DNA of 64,000 bases from an uncultured Patescibacteria group bacterium (GTDB taxonomy: Bacteria; Patescibacteriota; Gracilibacteria; BD1-5; UBA6164): contig CAWUVK010000004.1 in NCBI GenBank assembly GCA_963926055.1, positions 40,934-104,933 on the forward strand. Direction: 5' to 3'. The translations under genes and the position numbers were made by a program. The notes under the pieces were generated by a model, which saw nothing but the letters and a program-made list of their open reading frames with translations, was not told the DNA's origin and made no database searches. Each line of letters opens with the position of its first letter. Within the stretch, counting starts at the first letter, position 1. Shown one piece after another: positions 44,760-56,048 of this stretch.

Positions 44760-44902
44760 AATTTTTTGTGATTATAATATTTTTTCTATTTTATCTGATT
44801 TTTTTTGAATTCCAATAATATTTTTATATTTTTTGAGAATATTATCTTCAGGTTATAAATAATACTTTTGTCAAGCAAGAATTTTGCTGAGTTTTTTTAT
44901 CT

Positions 44903-46312
44903 GTGGTATTATTAGTATTAGTAATTTATCTATTATTTTTAGAAATTGTGACTCTCCAAAATTTTTTAAAGAAATCACCTGAAAATAAAACTCCTAAACC
45001 AAAACCACAAAATAAAAAAAATGTGAAGGTTGAGGATTTATTTGATATGGGTTCAGGAGTAAATAATTCTAATACGAAACACCACATGGATTCAGATATG
45101 AATGTGGCAGCTTTGGGAGGGAAAGCTGAGGATTCAGGAATTATTACTTTTGTGAATGATATTTTTTTAGAAGCTATGCGTAAACAGGCTTCAGATATCC
45201 ATATAGAGCCAAGAGATCAAAATATGATTATTCGTCTGAGAATAGACGGAAATTTTATAAACTACAAATCAATTGAACTTACTGATAAAGATGCTATTAT
45301 AGCAAGAATTAAAATCTTGTCTTATTTAAGAATCGATGAACACAGACTTCCGCAAGATGGAAAAATTAATTTCAAATTATTTTGAGGAAAAACGGTCGAT
45401 ATGAGGGTTTCTATTATTCCAACGATTTATTGAGAAAAATGTGTTATTAGAATATTAAAAAAAGATTCAAAACCACCAGAATTAAAAGATTTATGAATTC
45501 TACCTTATAATATGGTAAAAATAAAAAAACATCTCAATGATTCATACGGAATGATTTTAGCTGTTGGTCCAACTGGTTCAGGGAAATCTACTTCACTTTT
45601 CTCACTTTTATCACAATTTGATCCAGAACAACAAAATATTTCTACTCTCGAAGATCCAGTAGAATATAGAATTCCAGGAGTAAATCATACACAAATTAAT
45701 CCCGCGATTAAATTTACCTTTGCTTCAGGTTTGAGAAGTTTGCTCAGACAAGATCCAGATATTATCATGGTAGGGGAAATTAGAGATGATGAAACAGCCA
45801 GGTTAGCAATTGAGGCTTCGATTACAGGACATATTGTTTTTTCGACACTTCATACAAATTCTGCGAGTCATACGATTCAAAGATTGGTAAATCTATGAGT
45901 TGACCCATTGCTGATTTCTTCAAGTTTGAGAATGATTATTTCTCAAAGACTCGCAAGAAAATTATGTACAAAATGTAAAGTTGGGTATAAAGCAAATGAA
46001 AAAATCACGCAAAAAATTGTAGGAACTGTTTGAAAATATATGAAGAAAAAAGAAGATTTAACTTTATATTCAGCAAAACCTCAAGGGTGTGCACATTGTA
46101 ATCACACAGGATACAAATGAAGAATTGGTTTATACGAAGTATTAGAAATGACAGATAAACTCGAAGAGCTCATGTTGAAAAATGCTTCACGATTACAATT
46201 AGAAATTCAAGCAGTTTGAGATGGAATGGTTCCAATTAAAGAAGATGGAATGCTTAAAGTGGTTATGTGAGAAACGTCTTTAGAAGAATTATTATCAGTT
46301 CTTGGGACATAA
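44903..46312 (+). CDS. pilB: type II/IV secretion ATPase (PilB/GspE family)
   Basis: Track fragments 44903-45385 and 45512-45898 are in frame. Motifs are ASDIHIEP, Walker A GPTGSGKST, DPDIIMVGEIRD, TGHIVFSTLHTN and the C-terminal CTKC...CAHC. No ATG lies in frame upstream. The start is a GTG at 44903 or an internal Met, so the usual N-terminal domain is missing. Confidence 0.88.
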
Positions 46313-46406
46313 AAAAATAAATTTGTCTAGAGTAAATAAAAAAAATAGTTTGGAAATATTTGTTTGACGCAGTAAGATATGGTAAAATTATTTTGTATTA
46401 ATAAAT

Positions 46407-46691
46407 ATGAATACACAACTAGAAAAACTATTTTCTCAATACCATATTTCTCAAAAAGATAGGTATGAGATCAGACAAATTTATTCTCTTTTGCCAAATC
46501 ATAAACAAAGAGAATTAATCGAAAATTTTGGACTTCTAGCTACAAAATTTAAGCAAATCGAAGAGGAAATTCAAACACAAAGAGAATTATTACTCGGTGA
46601 AAAAGTTGATGATATAAAACAACTTATCCTCAAAAATAGAGAAAAAATAATGGTTCAATCAGAAATCTGAGAACTCAAACAATCGCTATAA
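46407..46691 (+). CDS. hypothetical coiled-coil protein (94 aa)
   Basis: Track ORF 46407-46670 reads through TGA to TAA at 46689-46691. Confidence 0.5.
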
Positions 46692-46728
46692 AAAATACAA
46701 AAAACAAAAATAAAAATAAAAAATACTT

Positions 46729-47043
46729 ATGGAATCTAAAACACTTGAAGATAAATTTGATCAAACTAGATCACTTGAACACACACAAGAAAGACTTGCA
46801 CAATTATTAGAAATGTGAATTCATCCAGATTTTGCACATAGATTATGTACTATGTGTGAGGAAATTAAAGCTTCAGCAGAAGAGGTTATGACAGTTTCTT
46901 GAGATATTATAGCAGCAAATGAAGAAATTTTTGCACAAAATCAAGCATTTGATATACAAGAAACAAATGCCAAAAGGTGATATTTGCCTGGTAGATTCCA
47001 AAATGCAGCCAATGATGATAATTATTGAAATTTAGCTGCATAA
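46729..47043 (+). CDS. hypothetical protein (104 aa)
   Basis: Open with TGA read as Gly. A terminator follows immediately. Confidence 0.45.
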
Positions 47044-47080
47044 AAAAACAAACTTTTAGAAATAAAAGTTTGTTTTTTTG
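47044..47080. terminator. bidirectional rho-independent terminator
   Basis: The stem AAACAAACTTTT (47046-47057) pairs with AAAAGTTTGTTT (47064-47075) and is followed by a T run. Confidence 0.7.
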
Positions 47081-47088
47081 TTTGATAT

Positions 47089-47643
47089 TTATTGAATATC
47101 CATTGTACCGTTGAGTACATTGATTCGAAACGTTTGTACATGTTCTAAGAAATGAGTTTCAAACTGTAAAATTCTTGCAGAGGGAAGACATGTTCCACCT
47201 AAAGTAATATCATTTCAATTAAATATTATTTCTGCTTGTGTTCAATTATTATCAGCATTGTTTTCATCTAAATCAAAACAAGCAATATTTTCTATACTGT
47301 GTTTTTCTGGAATATTTGGAGTAAATTCATTGAAATCTATCCAGTTAATTCCATTATTGATGGTATATTGAGAATTGATGCTTCAAATTCAATCAGTAGA
47401 ATATTGTATTTTCCACGAATCAGGAACTTCTATAGACGTGTCTATTCATTTTCCGAGTAAAGAATTATTTCTGATAGTTTCATAATGATTCAAAACTTTT
47501 GTGTTAAATATCTCTATTCTCTGCGAATTTCATATTCTACTAAAATCTAATTGTGTCCCAGCTGAAAATAAGAGCATCACTACAGTTATGACTACTAATA
47601 ATTCTACCAATGTAAATCAAAGATGATTTTGCGTTAATTTCAT
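47089..47643 (-). CDS. prepilin-type (minor pilin / pseudopilin) protein
   Basis: 184 aa. The N-terminus is MKLTQNHL-G-FTLVELLVVITVVMLL, and the cleavage-site Gly is the TGA at 47617-47619. Confidence 0.8.
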
Positions 47644-47743
47644 AAAAAAACTTGTAAATTGATATTTTTTCTTATTATGAGAGTATAAGTTGATATTACT
47701 GAAAAAATAGTGAGGTCAAAATTATTTTATAAATTTGTTTTAT

Positions 47744-48799
47744 ATGAAAACTTTAGCGAAATTGTTAGCAGGGTTATTTATTGCTGTTTTAGCAGCATCT
47801 AATACTTTTGCCATTGATGCTCCAGCAAATGTGATATCTACATCTGCTACACAAAATTCTCTTACATTGAATTGGGATACAGTAGAATGAGCTTTATATT
47901 ATAATGTTTACTACAGTGATACAAAAGGAATTGATATTCTAACAGCAGAAACTATTAGTTATGAATCAGAAAATTCTATTGAAATAACTGATTTAGAAAC
48001 TGGAAAAGAATATTACTTTATTTTATCATCTATTGATGATAAAGGGGCAGAAAGTATACTCACTCAAGAATATTCATTCTCAACTATATCATCTCAAGAT
48101 ACTCAAGAAAGTGTTGAAACTCAAGAAGCAGTTCAAAATCAAGATATGACTGCTGCTACAGATTTTCAACTATCTCAAATAGAAGTATTATATCAAAATG
48201 AAGTAGCAGTATTATTTAATGCTCCATTAGAAAATACTCCAGAAACTGAAATGATTTTTTCAGTTACTAATTTACAAGATGAAACAATAGAATATACGGT
48301 TTCAGGTTCTATTGTAGATCCTCAAAATCCTAATCAAGCGATTGTTACATTTCAAGAAAATCTACCATTAAATATGGATTATAAATTAGTTGTTATTTCT
48401 GTTTTTGACCAGTCTGGAAGAAACATTGAATCAGGAATCGAAAGTTATGAAAACTTTTATATGGATCCTAAAACTCTTGTTAAATCAGACGAATCAGATA
48501 CATCAGAAACTACTGAACCAGTTGTAACTGAACCGACAGACCCTGTTACGCAACCAACTGAACCAGTTATAACTCAACCTGCTGAACCAAATCAAGACGT
48601 TACTACCGATTCAGGTGCTATGAATGCAGCAGATGATGGAAATAAAGACACTCAAGAAGTGACTGAACCTGTTCAAGATGTTACTTGAGCTGCAGAAGAT
48701 GTAGATGTTCTTCCTCAAACTGGTCCAACACACATACTTATGTTGTTACTTGCCTTATCTTTTGGAGCAATGGCTGTAGCATTTAGATATAAAAAATAA
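47744..48799 (+). CDS. surface protein: signal peptide + FN3-like domain + LPQTG sorting signal
   Basis: 351 aa, with track ORF 48146-48688 in frame. The signal peptide is MKTLAKLLAGLFIAVLAASNTFA. An FN3-like segment follows (LTLNWDTVEGALYYNVYY...EYYF). A Thr/Pro/Glu-rich stalk follows. The C-terminus is LPQTG + hydrophobic helix + RYKK. Confidence 0.75.
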
Positions 48800-48933
48800 T
48801 TAATAAAAAAGAAGAAATGTTACATTTCTTCTTTTTTTTGTATTGGAATAAAAATTCATACAATAGTAAAAATTTTAAAAAATCTGAGTTGGTTGTATTT
48901 CTTAGACATAAATTTATATAACTTTACATTTTC

Positions 48934-49329
48934 TCAAAGATCTTGTGAAAGTGAAAAAATAACTTCTTTAATATAATAAAATTTATAATTTTTTATAAGT
49001 TTAGGATGTTTACTGCTTACTCTAAATATAAAATCTAATTCTTTATGAATCTTTTGTTGTAAATCAATAGTGTCATAAAAATTATCTAAAAATTTTCTTT
49101 GATTAAATAAAGTAAGGCGAAGACGTAATATTTCTGAAAATATTTCTTCAGGCTTAACTATGTAGTGTTGAGATATTTCATACAAAGCAGGGATAATCTG
49201 ACTTTTTTTATGAAATAAGATATCAATATTTTTTCCTAATTTTATTAATTTAAGATGAAATAAATACAGAAAAAGAAAATATCATATCCCAACGATCGCG
49301 AAAATTCACAATATTATATAAGTGACCAT
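48934..49329 (-). CDS. hypothetical membrane protein (131 aa)
   Basis: Track ORF 48934-49185 extends in frame through two TGAs to ATG at 49329, which adds a TM helix. Confidence 0.5.
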
Positions 49330-49477
49330 GGTATTTTTTTATGAATAATTTACACTCATTATAGCATAAAATTTAATTGAAAGCAAACATTGACTCTGTG
49401 AAAAAAAAACATATAATGTTATTGACAAGTGTTGCTAAGAATTATATATGCAGCATTTTTTTTATTAATTTATTTTT

Positions 49478-49795
49478 GTGAAAATGTTACAATTTGTAAA
49501 AGATTCGATCAGAGAATTAAAACACGTAGTTTGGCCAACGCATGCTGAAACGAAAAAATATTTAACAATTGTTTTAGTTGTTTTAGTACTTTTCGGTGCA
49601 TATTTATTTGCAGCTAGTACAGTATTTTCTGAAATTTTATATGGTATTAAAGACGTAGTAAATCCTAATGAGGCACAAAAAATTAATATTGAAGATATTA
49701 CATCTGAAAATATTCAAATTGAAACAAATCAAGATGTTGAAGTTTCAGAAGAAAATGTTCAGGTTTCAGAAGAAAATACTCTAGAAGTTCAATAA
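49478..49795 (+). CDS. secE: preprotein translocase subunit SecE
   Basis: FVKDSIRELKHVVWPTHAETKKY is followed by a TM helix, and the gene sits immediately upstream of nusG. The start is GTG at 49478 or ATG at 49484. Confidence 0.85.
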   Translation: MKMLQFVKDSIRELKHVVWPTHAETKKYLTIVLVVLVLFGAYLFAASTVFSEILYGIKDVVNPNEAQKINIEDITSENIQIETNQDVEVSEENVQVSEENTLEVQ

Positions 49796-49822
49796 AATTA
49801 TTACGTATTAAACAATTAATAT

Positions 49823-50359
49823 ATGGAAAATAAAGGTGAATGGTATACTATACAAGTAGTATCAGGTACTGAAGAAAATGTAAGAAGTTCTTTATTTCAA
49901 AGAAGAGAATCTCTTGGTATGGAAGATTATATCTTAGATGTTTTTGTTCCTACTTATGATGTTGTTACAGTGAGATCAAATGGGACAAAAGTAAAAAAAC
50001 AAAAAAATCTACTTCAGGGATATATCCTCGTAAAAATGGTAGTTACTAATGAAAGTTGGTATATTGTAAGAAATACTCCAAATGTAACAGGGTTTCTTGG
50101 GGCAGGGAATATTCCAGTTCCAGTTTCTGAAGCTGACTTACAAAAATTAAAAGATAAAGTAGCTGAATACACTGAAACATTTGAAACAATGTATCAAGTC
50201 GGAGATAGAGCATTAGTAACAAAAGGTCCTTTTGAAGGGAATGAGGGTATAATCACTGATGTAAATGATAAAAAATGAATTGTAAAATTAAATATCAATT
50301 TATTATGAAGAGATACTCCAATTGAACTAGAATTTGGATGAATTAAAGTAAATAAATAA
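49823..50359 (+). CDS. nusG: transcription termination/antitermination factor NusG
   Basis: WYTIQVVSGTEENV, PGYILVKM-like, and a KOW motif GDRALVTKGPFEGNEGIITDV. The ORF reads through three TGAs to TAA at 50357-50359. Confidence 0.92.
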
Positions 50360-50376
50360 TTTATAAAAAATTTTAT

Positions 50377-51042
50377 ATGAGGAGAATCATACATGTATTG
50401 TTATTTGTAGTTTTCATCTTCTTGTTAAATATTTTATTTTATTTTCTTTCAGATGATTATAAAAAATTTATTAAACAAGTAAAAACTTGAGAAAAAAATA
50501 CACAAACTACTTCTACATTTCCAGATGACATTAACATTTCAAATCATGTTGATGAAGTTATAAAAGAAATTCAAGAAGATACACAAGATTCGACTGATAT
50601 TTTACCAATTCAACCTAATGCGGAGGACACTTTTGTTTCAGATGAAACTCAAAAAGTATTAGGAAAAAATTATCAAGTTATATTATCAGGTTTTTCTCAA
50701 TATAATTTTGAGGAAATTGAACTTACAACAAATCTTTTTGATATAACCAATGAATATCCGGATGAATATTATGAATTTTATTCAAAAGATCTTACTTTAT
50801 ATTTCTTTGATACAAAGACATATAGTGAAGTAAAAGACATTTTTGATGTACTTTCATATGATATTTCATTTGATATAAATGAAGTAAATAACTTTGCAAA
50901 TTCATCATTTTATATCAACCTAAATGAAGATATAAAAGACAATTATATAAGAATTGTCATGAATTATAAATGAGTGGTAGTAGGTTTAAAAATAAAATCA
51001 GAACAATACACACAAGTAAAAAATATTTTAGAATCACTCTAA
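50377..51042 (+). CDS. hypothetical membrane-anchored protein (221 aa)
   Basis: It has an N-terminal TM helix. No family recognised. Confidence 0.5.
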
Positions 51043-51072
51043 AAAATAATTTAATATTTTATTATTACAACA

Positions 51073-51546
51073 ATGGCTAAACCAATTTATCTAACGCACG
51101 AAGGTCTTGAAAAACTACAAAATGAACTTGTTCATTTAAAAGATATAACAAGAGTTGAAATTGCTGAAAAATTAAAAGAAGCAATCTCATTTGGGGATCT
51201 TTCTGAAAATGCTGAATACGAAGAAGCAAGAAATGAACAAGCGCAAGTTGAAAAAAGAATTCTTGATTTAGAAGAACAACTGAAAAATGTTGAAATTATT
51301 GAAGAAGATAAAGAACATGATAAAGTAACTATGGGTTCTATAGTTACAATTAAAAGTATTGAAACAAAAGAAGAACTATTATATAAAATAGTAGGTTCTA
51401 CTGAAGCAAATATTTTAGCTGAAACTCCTATGATTTCAAATGAATCTCCTGTATGAAAAGCTATTTTAGGGAAAAAAACAGGTGATATAGTAAAAGTATC
51501 TGCTCCATCTGGTAAATTTGAATACAAAATTACAAAAATAGATTAA
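51073..51546 (+). CDS. greA: transcription elongation factor GreA
   Basis: LTHEGLEKLQNEL...FGDLSENAEYEEAR...ISNESPVGKAILGKKTGD. One TGA Gly. Stop TAA at 51544-51546. Confidence 0.93.
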
Positions 51547-51560
51547 TTAACATCATATTC

Positions 51561-51977
51561 ATGGATTACAACATTTTTTATCAAAACTTATTACTTATTC
51601 CTGCAACTACATTTTTAGTAACAGTAGTAATGAAGTGAATCGCTGTAAAAATGCAAACAGGTAAGATTGATCTAATCAGAGCATTTTGAAGCTGAGGAAT
51701 GCCTTCAGTGCATTCTTCAGTTGTAGTTTCTCTTACAACTGCAATGGCTCTCAAACACTGAATAGAATCAGATTTTTTTGCACTTGCAATGGCTTTTACG
51801 GTAATAATTATATATGATGCAATAAACGTTCGTTTTGAAGCATGACTCCATGCAGTTGCTATCAATCAACATTTATGAGAAAAAAGATTTAAAGAATCGC
51901 TTGGGCACCTTCCTTCAGAAGCATTCGCTGGAAGTGTGTTAGGTATTATTATAGCTTTAATTTTATTCTACGTATAA
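51561..51977 (+). CDS. divergent PAP2 / DUF212-family membrane protein (YuiD-like)
   Basis: 138 aa with GGMPSVHSS and IIIYDA..VR motifs. Confidence 0.7.
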
Positions 51978-51978
51978 C

Positions 51979-52016
51979 AAAAAAAAGAAACATTTTTAAA
52001 ATGTTTCTTTTTTTTG
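51979..52016. terminator. bidirectional rho-independent terminator
   Basis: The arms AAGAAACATTTT and AAAATGTTTCTT (51985-52009) pair and are flanked by A and T runs. Confidence 0.7.
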
Positions 52017-52035
52017 TTGCTTAACTTTTGAATTT

Positions 52036-53859
52036 TTACTCAACCGTTACAGATTTTGCTAAATTTTGTGGTTTATCAACATCTTTTCATAATTTTTTAG
52101 CCATCTCAACACTAAATAACCAAAGAGGAATTAACGGTAAAAATGGTGTGAGTAATTCATGCGTTTCAGGTATTTCTATTGTATCATTATAGATTTCTCT
52201 ATATGTATCATTTTTTGAAATAACTCATAAAATTGTTCCATTTCTTGCTCAAATTTCTTTTATATTTGAAATTGATTTTTCTCTTAAAGTTCACATTGGA
52301 TTTATTGCTACAACAGGAAAATTTTCGTGAATAAGTGCCAGTGGTCAATGTTTTAATTCTCATGTTGAATATGCTTCAGCATGTAAATATGTTAATTCTT
52401 TAAGTTTCAGGCTACATTCAGCAGCAGTTCCTTGTAAAATATTTCTTCCAAGATAAAAGAAATTATTATACTTTTTATATTTTTCAGCTAGATCACTATA
52501 ATTTTGAGATTCTGCTAATTGTGTTTCAAGTTGAGCTGGAAGTTCTCATAATTTTTCTATAATATTTTTTGCATCTTTCATTTGTAGATTTCTTTCTCCA
52601 CCAATTGAAATGGCCATTGTGAGTAATACTGCTAATTGCCCAACAACATTTTTAGTAGAAGCAACTCATACTTCGATTCCAGAGTGAGTATACAGTCACA
52701 TATCGCACATTCTTGCAATAGTACTTCAAACAACATTGACAATTCAAAATGTCATACAATCTTTTTGTTGAATCATTTTTACACATTCTCTCACGTCGGC
52801 TGTTTCTCATGATTGAGAAATAACAATATAAAGAGTTTTTTTATTTGGAATAAATTTTTCGTATAAAAATTCTGAACTTATTCTCACTTCAGTTTGAATA
52901 TCTGCGAGTTCTTTAAACCAACTAGCTCCAACTACACCAGCAAAATAACTTGAACCTGATGCTATAATTTCTATTCTATCAAAATCTATTTCATTGAGTT
53001 GATTGAGTGTTTCGTTTTGAATAGTTTTTGTTTCAAAATTAATTCTTCCGTTGAGAGAATTTCTTAAAACGGTAGGAATTTCATGAATTTCTTTTTCAGT
53101 AAATGTTTCAAATAATCATTTATCTGCAGCTTGAAATCTATCATCAACTTCTTCAAAATCTTTTTCTACTTTATTTCCAAGAGAAAAAACTTCATATTTT
53201 CCATCTTTAATTACGACTGTTTCTCTGTCTTCTAGGGTAGTAAATTGTGTAGCAACATGACTTACTGCATTTATATCACTTGATAAAAAAACTCAATCTT
53301 GGCCAATTCAAACGATCATAGGACTTCATAATTTTGCTCCGACAAGAGTATCAGGATTTTGTTTATCAATAACAGCTAGAGCATAAGCTCAGACTAATTT
53401 TTCCGTAACTTTTTCCAGTGTAGAAATACTATTTCCATCAAATAATTCTTCGAATAATTTTGCAATTACTTCTGTATCTGTTTGAGAATAAAAATTATAT
53501 TTTTCTTGTAATTCAGCTTTTAAGGTCATATAATTTTCTATAATTCCATTATGGACTACAAAAAATCTTTCATTTTGTGAATAGTGGGGATGAGTATTTT
53601 CTTGTGTAACTTTCCCGTGAGTTGCCCATCTAGTATGAGCAATTCCATTTGAATATGAAATATTTTTATCTATATTTTTTTCTACTTGTGTGGCTAAGTT
53701 TGAAACTTTCCCAACAGCTTTTTCTACTACAAATTCTCATGAATTATTTATTGAAAATAATCCGGCAGAATCATATCATCTGTATTCTAAATTTCTTAAT
53801 CCTTCTATCAAAAAAGGAACGGTATTATTTTTTCCATTGTACGCAAATATTCCACACAT
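52036..53859 (-). CDS. glmS: glutamine--fructose-6-phosphate aminotransferase
   Basis: 607 aa with TGA read as Gly. The N-terminus is MCGIFAY. Other motifs are [19 protein letters not shown], two SIS domains (SQSGETADV) and the C-terminal LAKSVTVE. Confidence 0.95.
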
Positions 53860-53903
53860 AATTATTTTTTTCAACAATTTAAAAACATATAATCAACAAA
53901 AAA

Positions 53904-54173
53904 TTATATATTTTCCAGTATATTTTTTAATGCAGCTAATGTCAAAGTTTCTATTTGTTTACTGTTTTGTAAATCATCTTGATTTATTACTTTTTCTCCC
54001 TTTATATTCAGGAAAATACGTCTTTTTGCAAGAGTGAAAAGTATTTCTTGAAAATCATTATTATTTTTATATTTTTGAAAAAAATTATAAAAAGCTAAAT
54101 GTGAATAGGGAAGTTTAAGAGAAATTTGCCTCCAAGATTTTTTTAATAAAATATGTTCGATACATGCCTTCAC
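53904..54173 (-). pseudogene. transposase-like HTH fragment (DUF4096/IS5-orfA-like), no catalytic domain
   Basis: ILLKKSWRQISLKLPYSHLAFYNFFQKYKNNNDFQEIL loosely resembles the W-R..P....Y..F..W pattern of IS5-group orfA. There is no ATG (the track uses GTG). The frame stays open upstream to about 54300. No DDE ORF is adjacent. Confidence 0.3.
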
Positions 54174-54344
54174 AAAAATAATCTCTGGAATTTTTCTACT
54201 AGAAAATCAGAGTTTTTGAAATTTACGTTTTATGTAATTGTAATCTTTTGTCTCAAATTTATGAAACCTGATAATCCACAAAATATATTTTTTAGAAAAT
54301 ATCTTTATTATTATATATTTTTTCTTGAATAAAAAAATAGATTT

Positions 54345-54740
54345 TTAATTAAAAAAATCTATTATTCTATCTGGTTGATTGAAAAAAATATCGATTCATA
54401 CATAAACTCCAGAACCTAAAAATAATAAGAAAATATTTATAATAGTGAGCCTTCATCAGAAAAACCCATAAATAAAAGGAATGATATAAAAACCATTTAA
54501 AAGTAATAGCCATTTATATTTTTCAATATTATATAAATGAGTCTTGAATAATTTACAAAGTAATCTTCAAATTATCCAGCAAACTAAACTTAAAATAAAA
54601 ACAGTAATATATACAATTCATGAAATTTCATCTAAAGGAAATGATCCCATAAAAATTCCAAAATAAGGTATTTGGATACTTTGGATAAAATCTAAAAATT
54701 TCTCAGCGAGTGAATATTGATATTGAATAATTCCTTGCAT
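54345..54740 (-). CDS. hypothetical multi-TM membrane protein (131 aa)
   Basis: Translated codon by codon with TGA read as Gly, from ATG at 54740 to TAA at 54345-54347. Confidence 0.5.
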
Positions 54741-54831
54741 ATTAAAATTGTATACAAAATATTATTTGTATTATATAATAAAAAAACATTTTTCAAAATA
54801 AAAAAACGCAGATAAATGCGTTTTTTATTTA

Positions 54832-55284
54832 TTATACTCTTATTTTTGTGATTTTTTCACCATATTTCAAACATTTTGTTGTTATGAATTTTCCAGTGAT
54901 TCCAGAAAATAGAGGAAGTAATCCCATAAATACTAGAAGTGTATCAAAATCAAGATTTGCAGAATCAGCAATTACTGATGATGCGTAAAATAATGCAATA
55001 GCATAAAATAATTGTAAATATTTGATATATTTTTTTTGTAATAAACATTTATTAATAATATTTTTTACTAATGGGAAGATCCCAAGACCTAAAATAGAAT
55101 ATTTTATATATAATTCCATTTGATCTGTAACTTCATTTCCAAAAATTGTAGACTCAATTGAATCACCTTGGTAGATTAAATTATAGTACCCAGCTCATAA
55201 AATAATTAACCCAAATACAATACCAGTCACTCTTATTGTCATATCACTCGGTCTTTTTTGAACAAATTGTATAAATTTTAGCAT
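54832..55284 (-). CDS. hypothetical membrane protein (150 aa)
   Basis: Track ORF 54832-55119 extends in frame through TGA to ATG at 55284. It has four hydrophobic segments. Confidence 0.5.
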
Positions 55285-55427
55285 TTTTCTTTTTCGCTTA
55301 ATAAAGTAAATATACGGCCCTTATTTTAATAAAAGTAAAAAAAAATCAAAATTAATTTTGACTTTTATTTATTTTTTATATAATACACCAGCTGAAGCAA
55401 TGCTGAAGCCGAATTAAAAAAATGTAT

Positions 55428-55502
55428 TGGGATGTCGCCAAGCGGTAAGGCAACGGACTTTGACTCCGTCATGCGTAGGTTCGAATCCTACCATCCCAAC
55501 CA
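55428..55502 (+). tRNA. tRNA-Gln (UUG)
   Basis: TGGGATGTCGCCAAGCGGTAAGGCAACGGACTTTGACTCCGTCATGCGTAGGTTCGAATCCTACCATCCCAACCA. Acceptor stem TGGGATG/CATCCCA. Anticodon stem ACGGA/TCCGT. Loop CTTTGAC. T arm GTAGG/CCTAC. The CCA is encoded. It closely resembles E. coli tRNA-Gln. Confidence 0.9.
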
Positions 55503-55595
55503 TTTACCATAAAGTAAAATAAAAAAACTTTAATTAGGGAAAGTTTTTTATTTTTAGTTTATACAAAAGAAAAAAAATTAAAATTTAATAAAAAT

Positions 55596-55913
55596 ATGCA
55601 CATGTTAGCAGTATTAGAATTAGGTGGAAACCAATTTATCGTTAGAGAAGGAGATATAATCGATGTTAAAAAAGTTGATTCTGAAATCAATTCAATTATT
55701 ACAACTCAAGCATTACTTGTTTCTGATGAAGAAGGGAAAGAAACAAAAGTAGGGTCTCCATTAGTAGAAGGTTCAAAAATTGAACTTAAAGTTGTTGATC
55801 AATTCAAAGGTGAAAAAGTAAGAGTTTTCAAAATGAAGTCTAAAAAAAGACAAATGAAAAATAATGGTTTCAGACCACATCTTACAAAACTAGAAGTTTT
55901 ATCAATTGGATAA
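55596..55913 (+). CDS. rplU: 50S ribosomal protein L21
   Basis: MLAVLELGGNQFIVREGD...KGEKVRVFKMKSKKR..K..GFRPHLT. No TGA codons. No rpmA follows. Confidence 0.93.
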   Translation: MHMLAVLELGGNQFIVREGDIIDVKKVDSEINSIITTQALLVSDEEGKETKVGSPLVEGSKIELKVVDQFKGEKVRVFKMKSKKRQMKNNGFRPHLTKLEVLSIG

Positions 55914-56048
55914 TTGATTTGAAAAATCTTATTTCTTTCATATAATACGAAGAAATAAGATTTTTTTTAAGTCCTTAATTTTCTCTTAAGGTCGAAAGTA
56001 ATAATACACAATACAAGTATATTACTATTTATTATTTAAAAATGTATT

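Noticed and set aside
51132-51865. Minus-strand ORFs 51132-51527 and 51581-51865.
   Set aside because: They are antisense to greA and the DUF212 gene, both of which have clear family motifs on the plus strand.
53860-53903. A possible glmS ribozyme upstream of glmS.
   Set aside because: Only about 45 nt separate glmS from the upstream ORF, and no conserved ribozyme core is visible.
53649-54037. Plus-strand ORFs 53649-53861 and 53690-54037.
   Set aside because: They are antisense to the glmS 5' end and the transposase-like fragment, with a hydrophobic junk composition.
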